The position numbers and the translations under genes are program-made. This document shows positions 20,579 to 29,629 of a stretch of DNA of 64,000 bases, one piece after another (position 1 is the stretch's first letter; each line of letters begins with the position of its first letter). The notes under the pieces are model-generated. The model was not told where the DNA came from. It searched no databases and was given only the letters and a program-made list of their open reading frames with translations. Origin of the DNA: a candidate division WOR-3 bacterium. Its GTDB lineage: Bacteria; Hydrothermota; Tepidihabitantia; Tepidihabitantales; Tepidihabitantaceae. The DNA is taken from positions 384,181 through 448,180 of the forward strand of contig JABLXZ010000002.1 in assembly GCA_013177935.1 (NCBI GenBank), read 5' to 3'.

Positions 20579-20587
20579 TGTGCACAT

Positions 20588-20905
20588 ATGCACATAAAGA
20601 CAGGTCTGAGCCCTGATGTTGTGTTTGCGGCGCTGGCGCACCCGGTGCGGCTGGAGATTTTAGCACTGCTTGCTCAGGGTCAGGGGTGCTTATGCAGTGG
20701 TAATGAGATGTGTGTTTGTGAAATCGCCCCGCATCTGGAGCGGGATCGGACGGTGATTTCAAGGCATCTGGCTATTCTGGAGCGGGCTGGGATTCTTGAG
20801 TCAAGACAGGAGGGAAGAAAGGTGATTTATCGGATTGCTGACCCGAGGGTTTTACAGTTGATTGAAATCGTTCAGGATATGGTAAAGAGGGAGGATAAAA
20901 GATGA
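20588..20905 (+). CDS. arsR: ArsR/SmtB family metalloregulator
   Basis: HTH region ALAHPVRLEILALL, metal-sensing Cys cluster CLCSGNEMCVCE; start moved to ATG 20588 because ORF-track start overlaps the -10. Confidence 0.7.
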   Translation: MHIKTGLSPDVVFAALAHPVRLEILALLAQGQGCLCSGNEMCVCEIAPHLERDRTVISRHLAILERAGILESRQEGRKVIYRIADPRVLQLIEIVQDMVKREDKR

Positions 20906-20990
20906 AAAAAAGATGGGCTAACATTGCCGTGATCGTGTTGCTTGTTGTTGTGGTGGGTGCAGTTTTATTTGTCTAATATGGAGTGCATAG

Positions 20991-22160
20991 ATGAAAGAAA
21001 GGTACAGGTTTCTAATCATCCTCGGGGTTTTTCTTCTTTTCTATTTTCTACCTTTTGAGCGGAGTCGGGTTCAGAATGCAATTCTTGAAGGTTTTCTGAT
21101 GCTCCAGGACTATGCCCGGCTCCATGTGCTTTTGTGCCTTGTTCCTGCCTTCTTTATTGCGGGGGCGATACAGAACTTTATCTCAAAAGAGGCGGTGTTA
21201 AAGTACTTCGGTCCCAAAGGAAACAAGGTGCTTGCCTATTCCATTGCCTCAATATCCGGTGCGATTCTTGCGGTCTGCTCCTGCACGGTTTTGCCGATGT
21301 TTATGGGCATCTACTATGCGGGTGCGGGCTTAGGGGTGGCGACAACATTTCTCTATTCGGGTCCGGCGATTAATGTCTTAGCGATAATTATGACCGGCAG
21401 GGTTCTTGGTTTAGAACTGGGTGCGGCAAGGGCGATTGGTGCGGTTGTTTTTTCGGTGGTTATCGGGCTTTTGATGGCGGCAATTTTCTTTCGTTCGGAA
21501 AAACAGCGGGCTGAGGCGGCGGAGTTTTCAATCAGCACGGAGCCGCCAAGGCGTCGGTTATGGCAGAATGTCCTTTACTTCGGGGCGATGATTTTTTTCC
21601 TCGTATTTGCCAACTGGGGCAAGCCCAAAGAACCGATTGGCTTCTTCAACACGGTCTATTCGGTGAAGTGGTTTCTTGCCGGGGGTTTTCTTGTACTGAC
21701 TTTGCTAATGGTCTGGCGCTGGTTTAATGGTGAGGAGCGCAAATCCTGGGTTTTAGCCACCTGGGGTTTTGCCAGGCAGATTCTACCTTTGCTTCTTGCC
21801 GGGGTGTTTGTTGCTGGATTCTTACTGGGCAGACCGGGTTTGAATCGGGGTGTAATTCCCGATTCGGTGATTGCCGGGCTCGTGGGCGGAAACTCGTTGT
21901 TCGCCAACCTTTTTGCCTCGGTCTCTGGTGCCCTGATGTACTTTGCGACTCTGACCGAGATTCCAATCCTGCAGGGGCTTTTGGGTTCAGGAATGGGTAA
22001 GGGTCCGGCACTGGCACTACTCCTTTCCGGCCCGGCGCTCTCCCTGCCTTCAATGATTGTCATCATCAGGACAATTGGATTTAAAAAAGCGATTACCTAT
22101 ATCCTTCTGGTGGTTATTCTGTCAACCGTTGTCGGAATCGTTTATGGCGCATTATTTTAG
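20991..22160 (+). CDS. arsP: ArsP-like/DUF318 permease (putative organoarsenical efflux)
   Basis: Polytopic membrane protein with CSC motif (AVCSCTVLP) resembling ArsP TPFCSCS; ars operon context. Confidence 0.55.
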   Translation: MKERYRFLIILGVFLLFYFLPFERSRVQNAILEGFLMLQDYARLHVLLCLVPAFFIAGAIQNFISKEAVLKYFGPKGNKVLAYSIASISGAILAVCSCTVLPMFMGIYYAGAGLGVATTFLYSGPAINVLAIIMTGRVLGLELGAARAIGAVVFSVVIGLLMAAIFFRSEKQRAEAAEFSISTEPPRRRLWQNVLYFGAMIFFLVFANWGKPKEPIGFFNTVYSVKWFLAGGFLVLTLLMVWRWFNGEERKSWVLATWGFARQILPLLLAGVFVAGFLLGRPGLNRGVIPDSVIAGLVGGNSLFANLFASVSGALMYFATLTEIPILQGLLGSGMGKGPALALLLSGPALSLPSMIVIIRTIGFKKAITYILLVVILSTVVGIVYGALF

Positions 22161-22219
22161 ACGCAATGCGAAAAAATGGTTTCAAACTGGCTGGAACCAA
22201 CAGTTTAGGATTGGAGGCG

Positions 22220-22627
22220 ATGATGATTAAAATTCTTTTCGCCTGCGTGGGCAACTCCTGCCGGAGTCAGATGGCAGAGGGGTTTTGCCGGGCGTTGGGC
22301 AGTGATGTGGAGTGTGCTTCGGCAGGAACTCAGCCCGAAGAAGCAGTTTCTGTTGAGGCGATTAGGGTGATGCAGGAGGTGGGGATTGATATATCAAAGG
22401 CAAAGCCGAAAAGTTTTGGCGACCTGCCCGATTTAAAGTTTGACTATCTGGTGACGATGGGTTGTGAGGTGGAATGCCCGTATATTCCCGGCGTAAAAAG
22501 GATTGAGTGGAACATCCCGGACCCGAAGGGCAAGAGTCTGGATGAGTTCCGTCGGGTACGGGAGATAATAAGACAGGAGGTGGTGAAACTGTTTGCCGAT
22601 ATCGGCAGGCTGAGAGAAAAAAGATGA
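22220..22627 (+). CDS. arsC: Arsenate reductase, LMW-PTP family (thioredoxin-coupled)
   Basis: P-loop CVGNSCRS (CX5R) at N-terminus; GGAGG SD before refined start MMIKILF. Confidence 0.75.
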   Translation: MMIKILFACVGNSCRSQMAEGFCRALGSDVECASAGTQPEEAVSVEAIRVMQEVGIDISKAKPKSFGDLPDLKFDYLVTMGCEVECPYIPGVKRIEWNIPDPKGKSLDEFRRVREIIRQEVVKLFADIGRLREKR

Positions 22628-22663
22628 ACCCGAATTGGGAAATTAGCAAAAAGGAGGAGCAAG

Positions 22664-22900
22664 ATGAACATTCAGATTCTTGGTGTTGGTTGTCCCCGCT
22701 GCACTGAACTGGAGAAGCGGGTGATTGACACTCTGGCAGAACTGCAAATCGCTGCCAGTGTGGAAAAGGTGACCGACATTAAAAAGTTTGCGGCAATGGG
22801 TGTGTTGATGACCCCGGGTTTGGTGATTGACGGCAAAGTGGTAAGTCAGGGGAAAGTTCTGTCCAAAGAGGAACTGAAAAAACTGCTTACCGGTAAATAG
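22664..22900 (+). CDS. Small thioredoxin-fold protein (redox-active disulfide protein 2-like)
   Basis: GCPRC CxxC motif in 78-aa protein, AAGGAGG SD, ars operon context. Confidence 0.65.
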   Translation: MNIQILGVGCPRCTELEKRVIDTLAELQIAASVEKVTDIKKFAAMGVLMTPGLVIDGKVVSQGKVLSKEELKKLLTGK

Positions 22901-22910
22901 GGTGCGATAA

Positions 22911-23141
22911 TTGAAAAACATCTTACGCCGCTTTGCCGGTATCTTCCGCTTCTTCGGACTCTGGGTTGGAATTGGCGGCACCTATGCGCTGCTGGCTAAC
23001 ACCTGCCCCTGTTGTGGTAGGGCAAGTTGTCCGGTTGGTCTGGGCATCGCTGCCTTTTTTGGCGCGCTCGGCTCGTTTCTGATTCTCAAAGGCAAAACGT
23101 TTATCCAGCGGCTCTTGTGGTGGTTGCACAAAAACGGTTGA
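22911..23141 (+). CDS. Small membrane protein with CPCC motif (hypothetical)
   Basis: Two hydrophobic segments, CPCCGRASC motif; last gene of ars cluster. Confidence 0.4.
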   Translation: MKNILRRFAGIFRFFGLWVGIGGTYALLANTCPCCGRASCPVGLGIAAFFGALGSFLILKGKTFIQRLLWWLHKNG

Positions 23142-23206
23142 CTTTTTAGGTTGCCTTATACTACAATTATAAAAGAGGCAGGTGTTTATCTTTAGGGAAG
23201 AAAAGT

Positions 23207-25714
23207 ATGAGCGGTTCTAAGTGGCAGTTTGTTTCTATCGGGATTTTCCTTACCCTGACCTGGGCGCAGCCGGCAATAGAATGGCGTTCAATCGGAATGG
23301 GTGGTGGTGGCTGGTTTACAACTATCGCTATTGACACCCTGAACCCGGGTACAGTTTATGTTGGTTCGGATGTGGGCGGGTTTTATAAGTCAACCGATTA
23401 CGGCTCTTCCTGGCGGATACTCAACAACGGTTTGATTGACTACTATGTAGAAAAGATTGTGCCCCATCCCCAAAATCCCAATGTGATTTATCTTGGTACC
23501 TGGGGCGGTGTCCACAAATCAACCGATGGCGGTGAAACCTGGGTGCCAAAACGGGACGGTTTTCCTGTGCCCAGCCGGTCAAATTACACCGCACCGATTG
23601 GGGCACTGACCTTTGACCCGACAAATCCTAATGTAATTTATGCGGGAATCGGTATGCCCCGGCTTATGTACACCGAATCCCGCTGGATTCAGACCTCGAC
23701 CAAAGGAGCGATTTTCAAAAGCACTGATGGTGGCGAAACCTGGCAGATGCTAAGAGGCACAACCGGTATTGATACCACGGCGATGTTTTATTCCCTTGCG
23801 GTTGACCCGCACAATCCGAATGTGATTTTTGCCGGTACCCATTTAGGTGTTTATCGCAGCACCGACGCCGGGTTGACCTGGGAGATGAAAAATTCCGGTT
23901 TGCCCCCAATGCCGGACAGTGTTGTCGTGCGGGAGGTTGCGATTGACCCGGTTGACACGGGCAGGGTTTACGCCGCACTCTGTCCAATTAATGATAGTGA
24001 ACGCAACTCGGTGTGTAGCGGGATATGGTTGACAACCAATTATGGCGAAATGTGGCAGCCCTGCACCACCGGTGCCTGGCGGATTAACTTCCGGCGGATA
24101 GTTGTTAACCATAAGAATCCGAATGTCCTTTACGCCGGTGCGCTTTATGGTTATGGCGGGCGCGGCGGTGTTTACAAAAGCACCAATCGCGGCCAAAACT
24201 GGGTTCGGGTAACGAATAACAACAATGTCAGCCGGGGCTGGATTTACTTCTGGGGTTATACACCTGATGGTCTGGCGCTGGACCAGAGGGACACAGCGAT
24301 AATTTTCTATTGTAATTCCCATGCGGTGATGAAGTCAACCGATGCGGGTGGTAACTGGACTTACTGTTACGCTGAGTCGCTGGGCAATGGTAACTGGCGT
24401 GGCACCGGTCTTGAGGTAACCTGTCTGCGCCAGGTTGTTCCTGACCCGGTGGACTCAAATACTATTTACTTTGCAATGAACGATGTCGGACTGATAAAGT
24501 CAACCGACCGGGGCGCTTCGTTCCGGTATATCTTTGCGCCGATGTATCCCTACGGCAACACCACCTATACCATTGCCATTCATCCTGCTAATCACAACAT
24601 CCTCTATGCGGGCACCGGACCCTGGACCTGGGTTTATGGTAAACTCTGGCGCTCGACCGATGCGGGTGCAACCTGGACACTGCTTTCTGGTTTGCCGGAC
24701 ACCGGTTACAAAAGTACCATCCTGATTGACCCGAACAGTACCGAAGACTCCACCATTCTTTATGTCTGGGTGGCAAAATGGGGTGTATACAAGTCAACCG
24801 ATGGCGGTGAGAACTGGAAGCGCAAGGACAACGGGTTGAATATCACCATCCGCAGCGACTCGTTTATCCACAGCCATCCGCAGATGATGGCGATGGCGTC
24901 TAATGAGCCGAACACCCTTTACCTGTGTCTGCCCAAACGGGGCAAAATTTATAAAACCACCGATGGCGGTGACCACTGGTTTGAACTTCCTTTGTCCAGA
25001 AGGCTGGAAACCTGGGGTGTGGCGGTTTCACCGCTCAATGGTGCGGTGTTTCTGATAGCACGTGCCTCAATGTATGGTGGCGTTTACCGCTCATTTGATG
25101 GCGGTATGACCTGGGACTCCATACCCCGTTTCCGGATTGATGGTTATCGTCCCTGTGTGCGGACGGTTGCCTTCAGTCCGTTTGATACCAATCTGGTGGC
25201 GCTGGGTACTCTTGACTGGGCTCAGAATGACTCCTGTACCGGCTGGGGCGTTTATCTTTCCACGGACCAGGGTGAGACCTGGTTTGAGGCAAATCAGGGG
25301 CTGGGAAATCGGCGGATTTATTATCTTGCCTTTGATTTGTTCAACCCGCAACTTTTGTATGCGGGCACCAGTGGTAACGGTGTTTTTGCCGCCTCAATCA
25401 GTACAGTGGCAACAGCGGAAGCAAAAACCAGGGGAGGGAAAGATTACTATCTTCGGGTTTGCCCCAGTGTTGTCAATCAACAAACTCGGATTAGTTTTGT
25501 TCTTCCCAACCAGACCGATATCAGCCTTGCCATTTACGATGCGCTGGGTAGAAAGGTTTCTAACCTTTGCAACCAGCGCCTTGGTCCGGGTCAATATGAG
25601 TTCACCTGGCAGGGAGATTTACCAAACGGTCGTTTCGTAAACAACGGGGTTTACTTTGTGGTTCTTAACGCCGACACCGAAGTGTTGCGGCAGAAAATAA
25701 CAATTAGCCAATAG
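23207..25714 (+). CDS. BNR/Asp-box repeat beta-propeller protein with T9SS C-terminal domain
   Basis: At least 8 SxDxGxTW Asp-box repeats (STDGGETW, STDAGLTW ...), signal peptide, T9SS tail. Confidence 0.65.
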   Translation: MSGSKWQFVSIGIFLTLTWAQPAIEWRSIGMGGGGWFTTIAIDTLNPGTVYVGSDVGGFYKSTDYGSSWRILNNGLIDYYVEKIVPHPQNPNVIYLGTWGGVHKSTDGGETWVPKRDGFPVPSRSNYTAPIGALTFDPTNPNVIYAGIGMPRLMYTESRWIQTSTKGAIFKSTDGGETWQMLRGTTGIDTTAMFYSLAVDPHNPNVIFAGTHLGVYRSTDAGLTWEMKNSGLPPMPDSVVVREVAIDPVDTGRVYAALCPINDSERNSVCSGIWLTTNYGEMWQPCTTGAWRINFRRIVVNHKNPNVLYAGALYGYGGRGGVYKSTNRGQNWVRVTNNNNVSRGWIYFWGYTPDGLALDQRDTAIIFYCNSHAVMKSTDAGGNWTYCYAESLGNGNWRGTGLEVTCLRQVVPDPVDSNTIYFAMNDVGLIKSTDRGASFRYIFAPMYPYGNTTYTIAIHPANHNILYAGTGPWTWVYGKLWRSTDAGATWTLLSGLPDTGYKSTILIDPNSTEDSTILYVWVAKWGVYKSTDGGENWKRKDNGLNITIRSDSFIHSHPQMMAMASNEPNTLYLCLPKRGKIYKTTDGGDHWFELPLSRRLETWGVAVSPLNGAVFLIARASMYGGVYRSFDGGMTWDSIPRFRIDGYRPCVRTVAFSPFDTNLVALGTLDWAQNDSCTGWGVYLSTDQGETWFEANQGLGNRRIYYLAFDLFNPQLLYAGTSGNGVFAASISTVATAEAKTRGGKDYYLRVCPSVVNQQTRISFVLPNQTDISLAIYDALGRKVSNLCNQRLGPGQYEFTWQGDLPNGRFVNNGVYFVVLNADTEVLRQKITISQ

Positions 25715-25722
25715 GGAGAAAT

Positions 25723-25842
25723 ATGGGCAGCGAAAAGAAGTGCCAGAAGCCGGGAAACCTGAAGGGTAAGCCGGAAAAGTGCACGCCCGAACAGGTTCGC
25801 AAGTGCCACGGCACGACTAAAAATCACCCCTGCGCGAAGTAG
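25723..25842 (+). CDS. Putative 39-aa Cys/Lys-rich small peptide
   Basis: MGSEKKCQKPGNLKGKPEKCTPEQVRKCHGTTKNHPCAK preceded by AGGGAG SD at 6 nt; not in ORF track (below length cutoff). Confidence 0.3.
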   Translation: MGSEKKCQKPGNLKGKPEKCTPEQVRKCHGTTKNHPCAK

Positions 25843-25871
25843 GCGGCAGGGATTTACGGATTTAAGTACTC

Positions 25872-26438
25872 CTACTGTTTCAGGAGTTTAAACGTATTAG
25901 TTTCTGACTCCCGGCCAAGAAAAGTTGCATCATCAAGGTTTTTGACATCACCCTCCATCTGCAATGAGGTGTAGATGAAATTGTACTCCTCGCGGGGCAT
26001 TGTGTGCTCCACCTTAAAACTCTGGACGCTGTTTGTTATTGCGCCATTCGCGGTAGCCACTGGCCAGTTGAGCAGTAGCACGACAGGCGATTTTAAATTC
26101 AGTTTTTTATAATAAGAGATATTTTCCGCCGCAAGGGTGGGTTCGGGTGCTGCTGGGTCGCCACTTGGGGTGGGCAAATGCTCCTGGACCACTTCGCTTA
26201 ACCCAAACTCAATGTCCAGAATCTCGTGATTGACCGGATTGTACTTTACGCACATAAATGGTTTGCCGGTGACTTTCAGCGCCCGTTCGCCCCACATATT
26301 CAGACAGTAATAACTGTTGGGAATGTCTCCTTTCCAGTATTCATAGCGATTGCCGGAGATAAGGTTACACGCCAGTAACAAAACCAATGCCAATGCTACA
26401 GGCAAAATCCAGGTGCCGGAACGAACGATTCGCTTCAT
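25872..26438 (-). CDS. Hypothetical secreted protein
   Basis: N-terminal signal/TM segment, GGAGG SD. Confidence 0.4.
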   Translation of the reverse strand: MKRIVRSGTWILPVALALVLLLACNLISGNRYEYWKGDIPNSYYCLNMWGERALKVTGKPFMCVKYNPVNHEILDIEFGLSEVVQEHLPTPSGDPAAPEPTLAAENISYYKKLNLKSPVVLLLNWPVATANGAITNSVQSFKVEHTMPREEYNFIYTSLQMEGDVKNLDDATFLGRESETNTFKLLKQ

Positions 26439-26652
26439 AATTACCTCCTTTAAGTTTTCAATTTTTATAATATTATTTGATAGTCTGTCAATAAATAACT
26501 CTTTTGGGCGGGGGGTGGTAATTGACGACCCAGAGAACGCCTTTGCCGGAGTGTTTCAAAACCTTGCCGCACGGCTAACTGAACAATGAAAGCGGGTATT
26601 TGACCGGTGGGCGAACTCGGTTAGGATTAGTCAACAAGAAAGCGAGGTTGAT

Positions 26653-27132
26653 GTGAAAGCCATTGACATTGTAAAGTTAATTATCAGCATCGCCCTGCCC
26701 CTGGCAGCAGGCGCGCTCGGCAATATCGCCACGGCGCCGGCAATTCCTGACTGGTATCAGAGTTTAAACAAACCGGTGTTCAACCCGCCGAGATGGCTCT
26801 TCGGTCCTGCCTGGACATTGCTTTTTATCCTGATGGGTATCGCTCTGTTTTTAGTCTGGCGCAAAGGGTTTAATGCCCCGGGTATCAAACTGGCGCTACT
26901 CGTTTTTGTGATTCAGTTGGTGCTCAATGTCCTCTGGTCGTTTCTCTTCTTTGGCTTACGCTCCCCCCTTGCTGGACTCGTGGAGATTGTTATCCTCTGG
27001 CTGGCGATTCTTCTTACCATCATTCTCTTCTTCCGGATTTCTGTCCCTGCCGGTATCTTACTTTTGCCTTACATTGGCTGGGTCACCTTTGCCACTGTCC
27101 TCAACGCCGCGATAGTAAAACTGAATTCGTGA
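26653..27132 (+). CDS. tspO: TspO/MBR tryptophan-rich sensory protein
   Basis: Five TM segments with conserved Trp pattern (WYQSLNKPVFNPPRWLFGPAWTLLF...LWSF), GTG start. Confidence 0.7.
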   Translation: MKAIDIVKLIISIALPLAAGALGNIATAPAIPDWYQSLNKPVFNPPRWLFGPAWTLLFILMGIALFLVWRKGFNAPGIKLALLVFVIQLVLNVLWSFLFFGLRSPLAGLVEIVILWLAILLTIILFFRISVPAGILLLPYIGWVTFATVLNAAIVKLNS

Positions 27133-27300
27133 AAAGACTTAGTACGTTTTACTGATTAATTAAACTTTTTCTTAAACGCTTGCGTGATATGCTGTCTTAC
27201 CTTTTCTCAACAAGGAACAAAGGATCTCTAGATAATTTTTTGTGAAGGGAAGTTTTGCGCTAAGCAAAAACATGGACTATCGCCCCCCAGAAAAATGGAA

Positions 27301-29430
27301 TTAAAAATTGGTTTCATAATTTGGCGTTTTGTTCATATTTTGTAAAGTGTTTACCATTTCCGACAAAATTTTTCGGACAGTATTTATATTCCCCATTTTT
27401 TCTTGGCATACGGCTTGCCAAAGCATTGCTTTGATCATACCGGCTTTGTGATTCTCAGTTTTATAAGTTTCGAAAGTTTTAATAAATAAGCCAATTGCTT
27501 CTTGCAGATTTCCCTCGTAGTACATTTTTATACCTAAACAACACCCTAAATTTGCTATACCTTCTGTTTCTGAAAATTCCATTGATAGCTCTCTTCCCCA
27601 CTCAAAAAATTTTTTTGCTTCTTCAATTAACCTATTTACCTCTGTGAAATTTTTTGTTCGACTGTGCATTATGACTTCAGCTAAACGGTGTTTTTGAAAA
27701 AAGAACCAGCTTGATTTCTGCAGAGGAATTTGGAGCGACAGCCTATAAAAGAAAACTGAGATTCGAGCGACAATTGGGATAAAAAATTTTAGTATTTTGG
27801 TAATGAATTTTCTGCTACTTTTTGTCGCGTACAATAACGTTAGATAAAATAATCCTTCGACGATAAAATGAAAAAAATCAGCGCATTCGAAGTATAACAT
27901 GGAAGTAAATGTTCCAATGTCAAAGTCAGTCAATTTTGTTCGCCATATTCGTGTTTTCAAAACAGAGACGGCGAAGCAATAACAGGCATATAGATAATAC
28001 TTTAATGCCAAAACTTTTCTTAACCCTTTCTTTGTGCATGTATGCTTAAATAGCCCCATGTAGTCAGACCCATTTCTAATTGTTTCATGGATGAACGCAG
28101 CCAGCCGCCTCTCAGGTTTATATGTCGTATATGGCAAATATTCAATTGCTTGGTTACGTTCTTTTATAGCTAAAGTTAAGTTCCCTGCATTTCTGTAAAC
28201 TTCTCCCAAGTTTGATGAAAAAGCGTATCTTAGGTCAAAATTATTTTTTGGGATGTCTCCCCGCAAGGTCTGAAGTAGCTTCTCTGCTATTTCCCACAGT
28301 CCTGGTTTTTCCAAAATATTAGCCAAAATTAATCTCGCCGTAGCGGGGTGAAAAAAATATTTCCTTGTGTAATAATCAATAAATGTATTAATTTCATTTA
28401 TTCTGATGAGCGCCAATTCGCGCTCCCTTATTTTAATTTCATCAAAAGAGGAAATATTTATCTTAGGGAAAATAATAGTAGATAAATCTAAATTCAATCG
28501 TTTAGCAATATTGTGGAGTATTTTACTTAAATCGCCCACAAGAATGTAATGTTCCCGATGGGACAAAAATTTTATAATTTCTTTGAAACTCTGATTATCT
28601 AAAATAGATTTTTTAGGAGTATGCCATATTACTTTTTTATTTGACTTGGTACGAGCAATAACTGGGAAAACATCAATGTCGTTATTACTATAACCCATAA
28701 AGAAAATATCATAATTAGCTGAAACTGATTGTAAAAATTCTGTTTTATACGAGGGTAAGCCTATGCCTACCATTTCTACCGTGGCTAATAACTTGGTATT
28801 TTGCGGATCTTCTGTTTCATCTAACGTGCCGTGCAATTTGTATAGGTAATTATTTTTGTTGGGATAACGTAAAGCGTTCGAGTAAATTTTAGATTCATGA
28901 CCTCCCATTTGTTCGGGTACAATTAAAGGGACACCTAAGAGATGAAAGGCGTTTTCCACCAAATTATCAAAGTTTACTGTGATGAAGTGCCTACAATATC
29001 CGTATTTTGCCATTAACGCGAGGAAATAATGTCTGTAATTTGGGCCATAATTTTCTTTAAGGTATTTTGGCTTCAAAATATCGTAAAACTCTAATGAAGT
29101 TTCGCCTATCGTCCTTGATATAAAGTCTAATAATACTTCTAATGCAAGTCTTTTGACTTCATTGGTACCTTTTTCAGTGAGTATATTCTCGATTCCTGCT
29201 TCTCTGAAAAGCATATTCCTAATAAGTTGTTTGAGTCCGGGCAATACAAGATTCGAGGATAATTCACAATTATCAGAGAGAGGTAATAGAGAGGGATATT
29301 CTAAAGAGATTCCTGCTCCAAAGAAGAAAATAAGACAAGAATTTCTAAGCGAATTTGCAATTTCCTCTAATGCCTCGTCAAGATTGCGGGATACGATTAA
29401 AGTACTCTTTTCTACCTTATAGCACTCCAT
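27301..29430 (-). CDS. SIR2-domain (defense-type, SIR2_2/DSR-like) protein with ~400-aa C-terminal alpha-helical/TPR-like domain; candidate NADase anti-phage effector
   Basis: N-terminal SIR2 motifs GAGIS (FFFGAGISLEYP), TVNFDNL (cf. TTNYDxL) and KLHGT (cf. KLHGS) in the order and spacing of ThsA/DSR SIR2 domains; AT-rich codon usage; flanked by AT-rich non-coding DNA. Confidence 0.6.
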   Translation of the reverse strand: MECYKVEKSTLIVSRNLDEALEEIANSLRNSCLIFFFGAGISLEYPSLLPLSDNCELSSNLVLPGLKQLIRNMLFREAGIENILTEKGTNEVKRLALEVLLDFISRTIGETSLEFYDILKPKYLKENYGPNYRHYFLALMAKYGYCRHFITVNFDNLVENAFHLLGVPLIVPEQMGGHESKIYSNALRYPNKNNYLYKLHGTLDETEDPQNTKLLATVEMVGIGLPSYKTEFLQSVSANYDIFFMGYSNNDIDVFPVIARTKSNKKVIWHTPKKSILDNQSFKEIIKFLSHREHYILVGDLSKILHNIAKRLNLDLSTIIFPKINISSFDEIKIRERELALIRINEINTFIDYYTRKYFFHPATARLILANILEKPGLWEIAEKLLQTLRGDIPKNNFDLRYAFSSNLGEVYRNAGNLTLAIKERNQAIEYLPYTTYKPERRLAAFIHETIRNGSDYMGLFKHTCTKKGLRKVLALKYYLYACYCFAVSVLKTRIWRTKLTDFDIGTFTSMLYFECADFFHFIVEGLFYLTLLYATKSSRKFITKILKFFIPIVARISVFFYRLSLQIPLQKSSWFFFQKHRLAEVIMHSRTKNFTEVNRLIEEAKKFFEWGRELSMEFSETEGIANLGCCLGIKMYYEGNLQEAIGLFIKTFETYKTENHKAGMIKAMLWQAVCQEKMGNINTVRKILSEMVNTLQNMNKTPNYETNF

Positions 29431-29629
29431 AAATTACCTTTTATTCAGTTTTTTGTCTTGGCCTGCTACATATCCAACTTTGATATGAATGCCTAAATTA
29501 CCATATAAACGCTGTTGGATATTTGGCATCGTTGATATTTATAATTTATTTACATCACAAAGTCAAGGATTTTGGGTAAAAGTTTGCGATGGTCCGGGGC
29601 GGAAGGTTAGGTCCCGAAAAAGTCCCTTT

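Noticed and set aside
20570-20587. ORF-track start of arsR at 20570
   Set aside because: It overlaps the predicted -10 box (TATTAT 20573-20578). ATG at 20588 gives a normal ArsR N-terminus.
29153-29422. Plus-strand 89-aa ORF inside the SIR2 gene
   Set aside because: Antisense to a 709-aa ORF with clear conserved motifs. No independent support.
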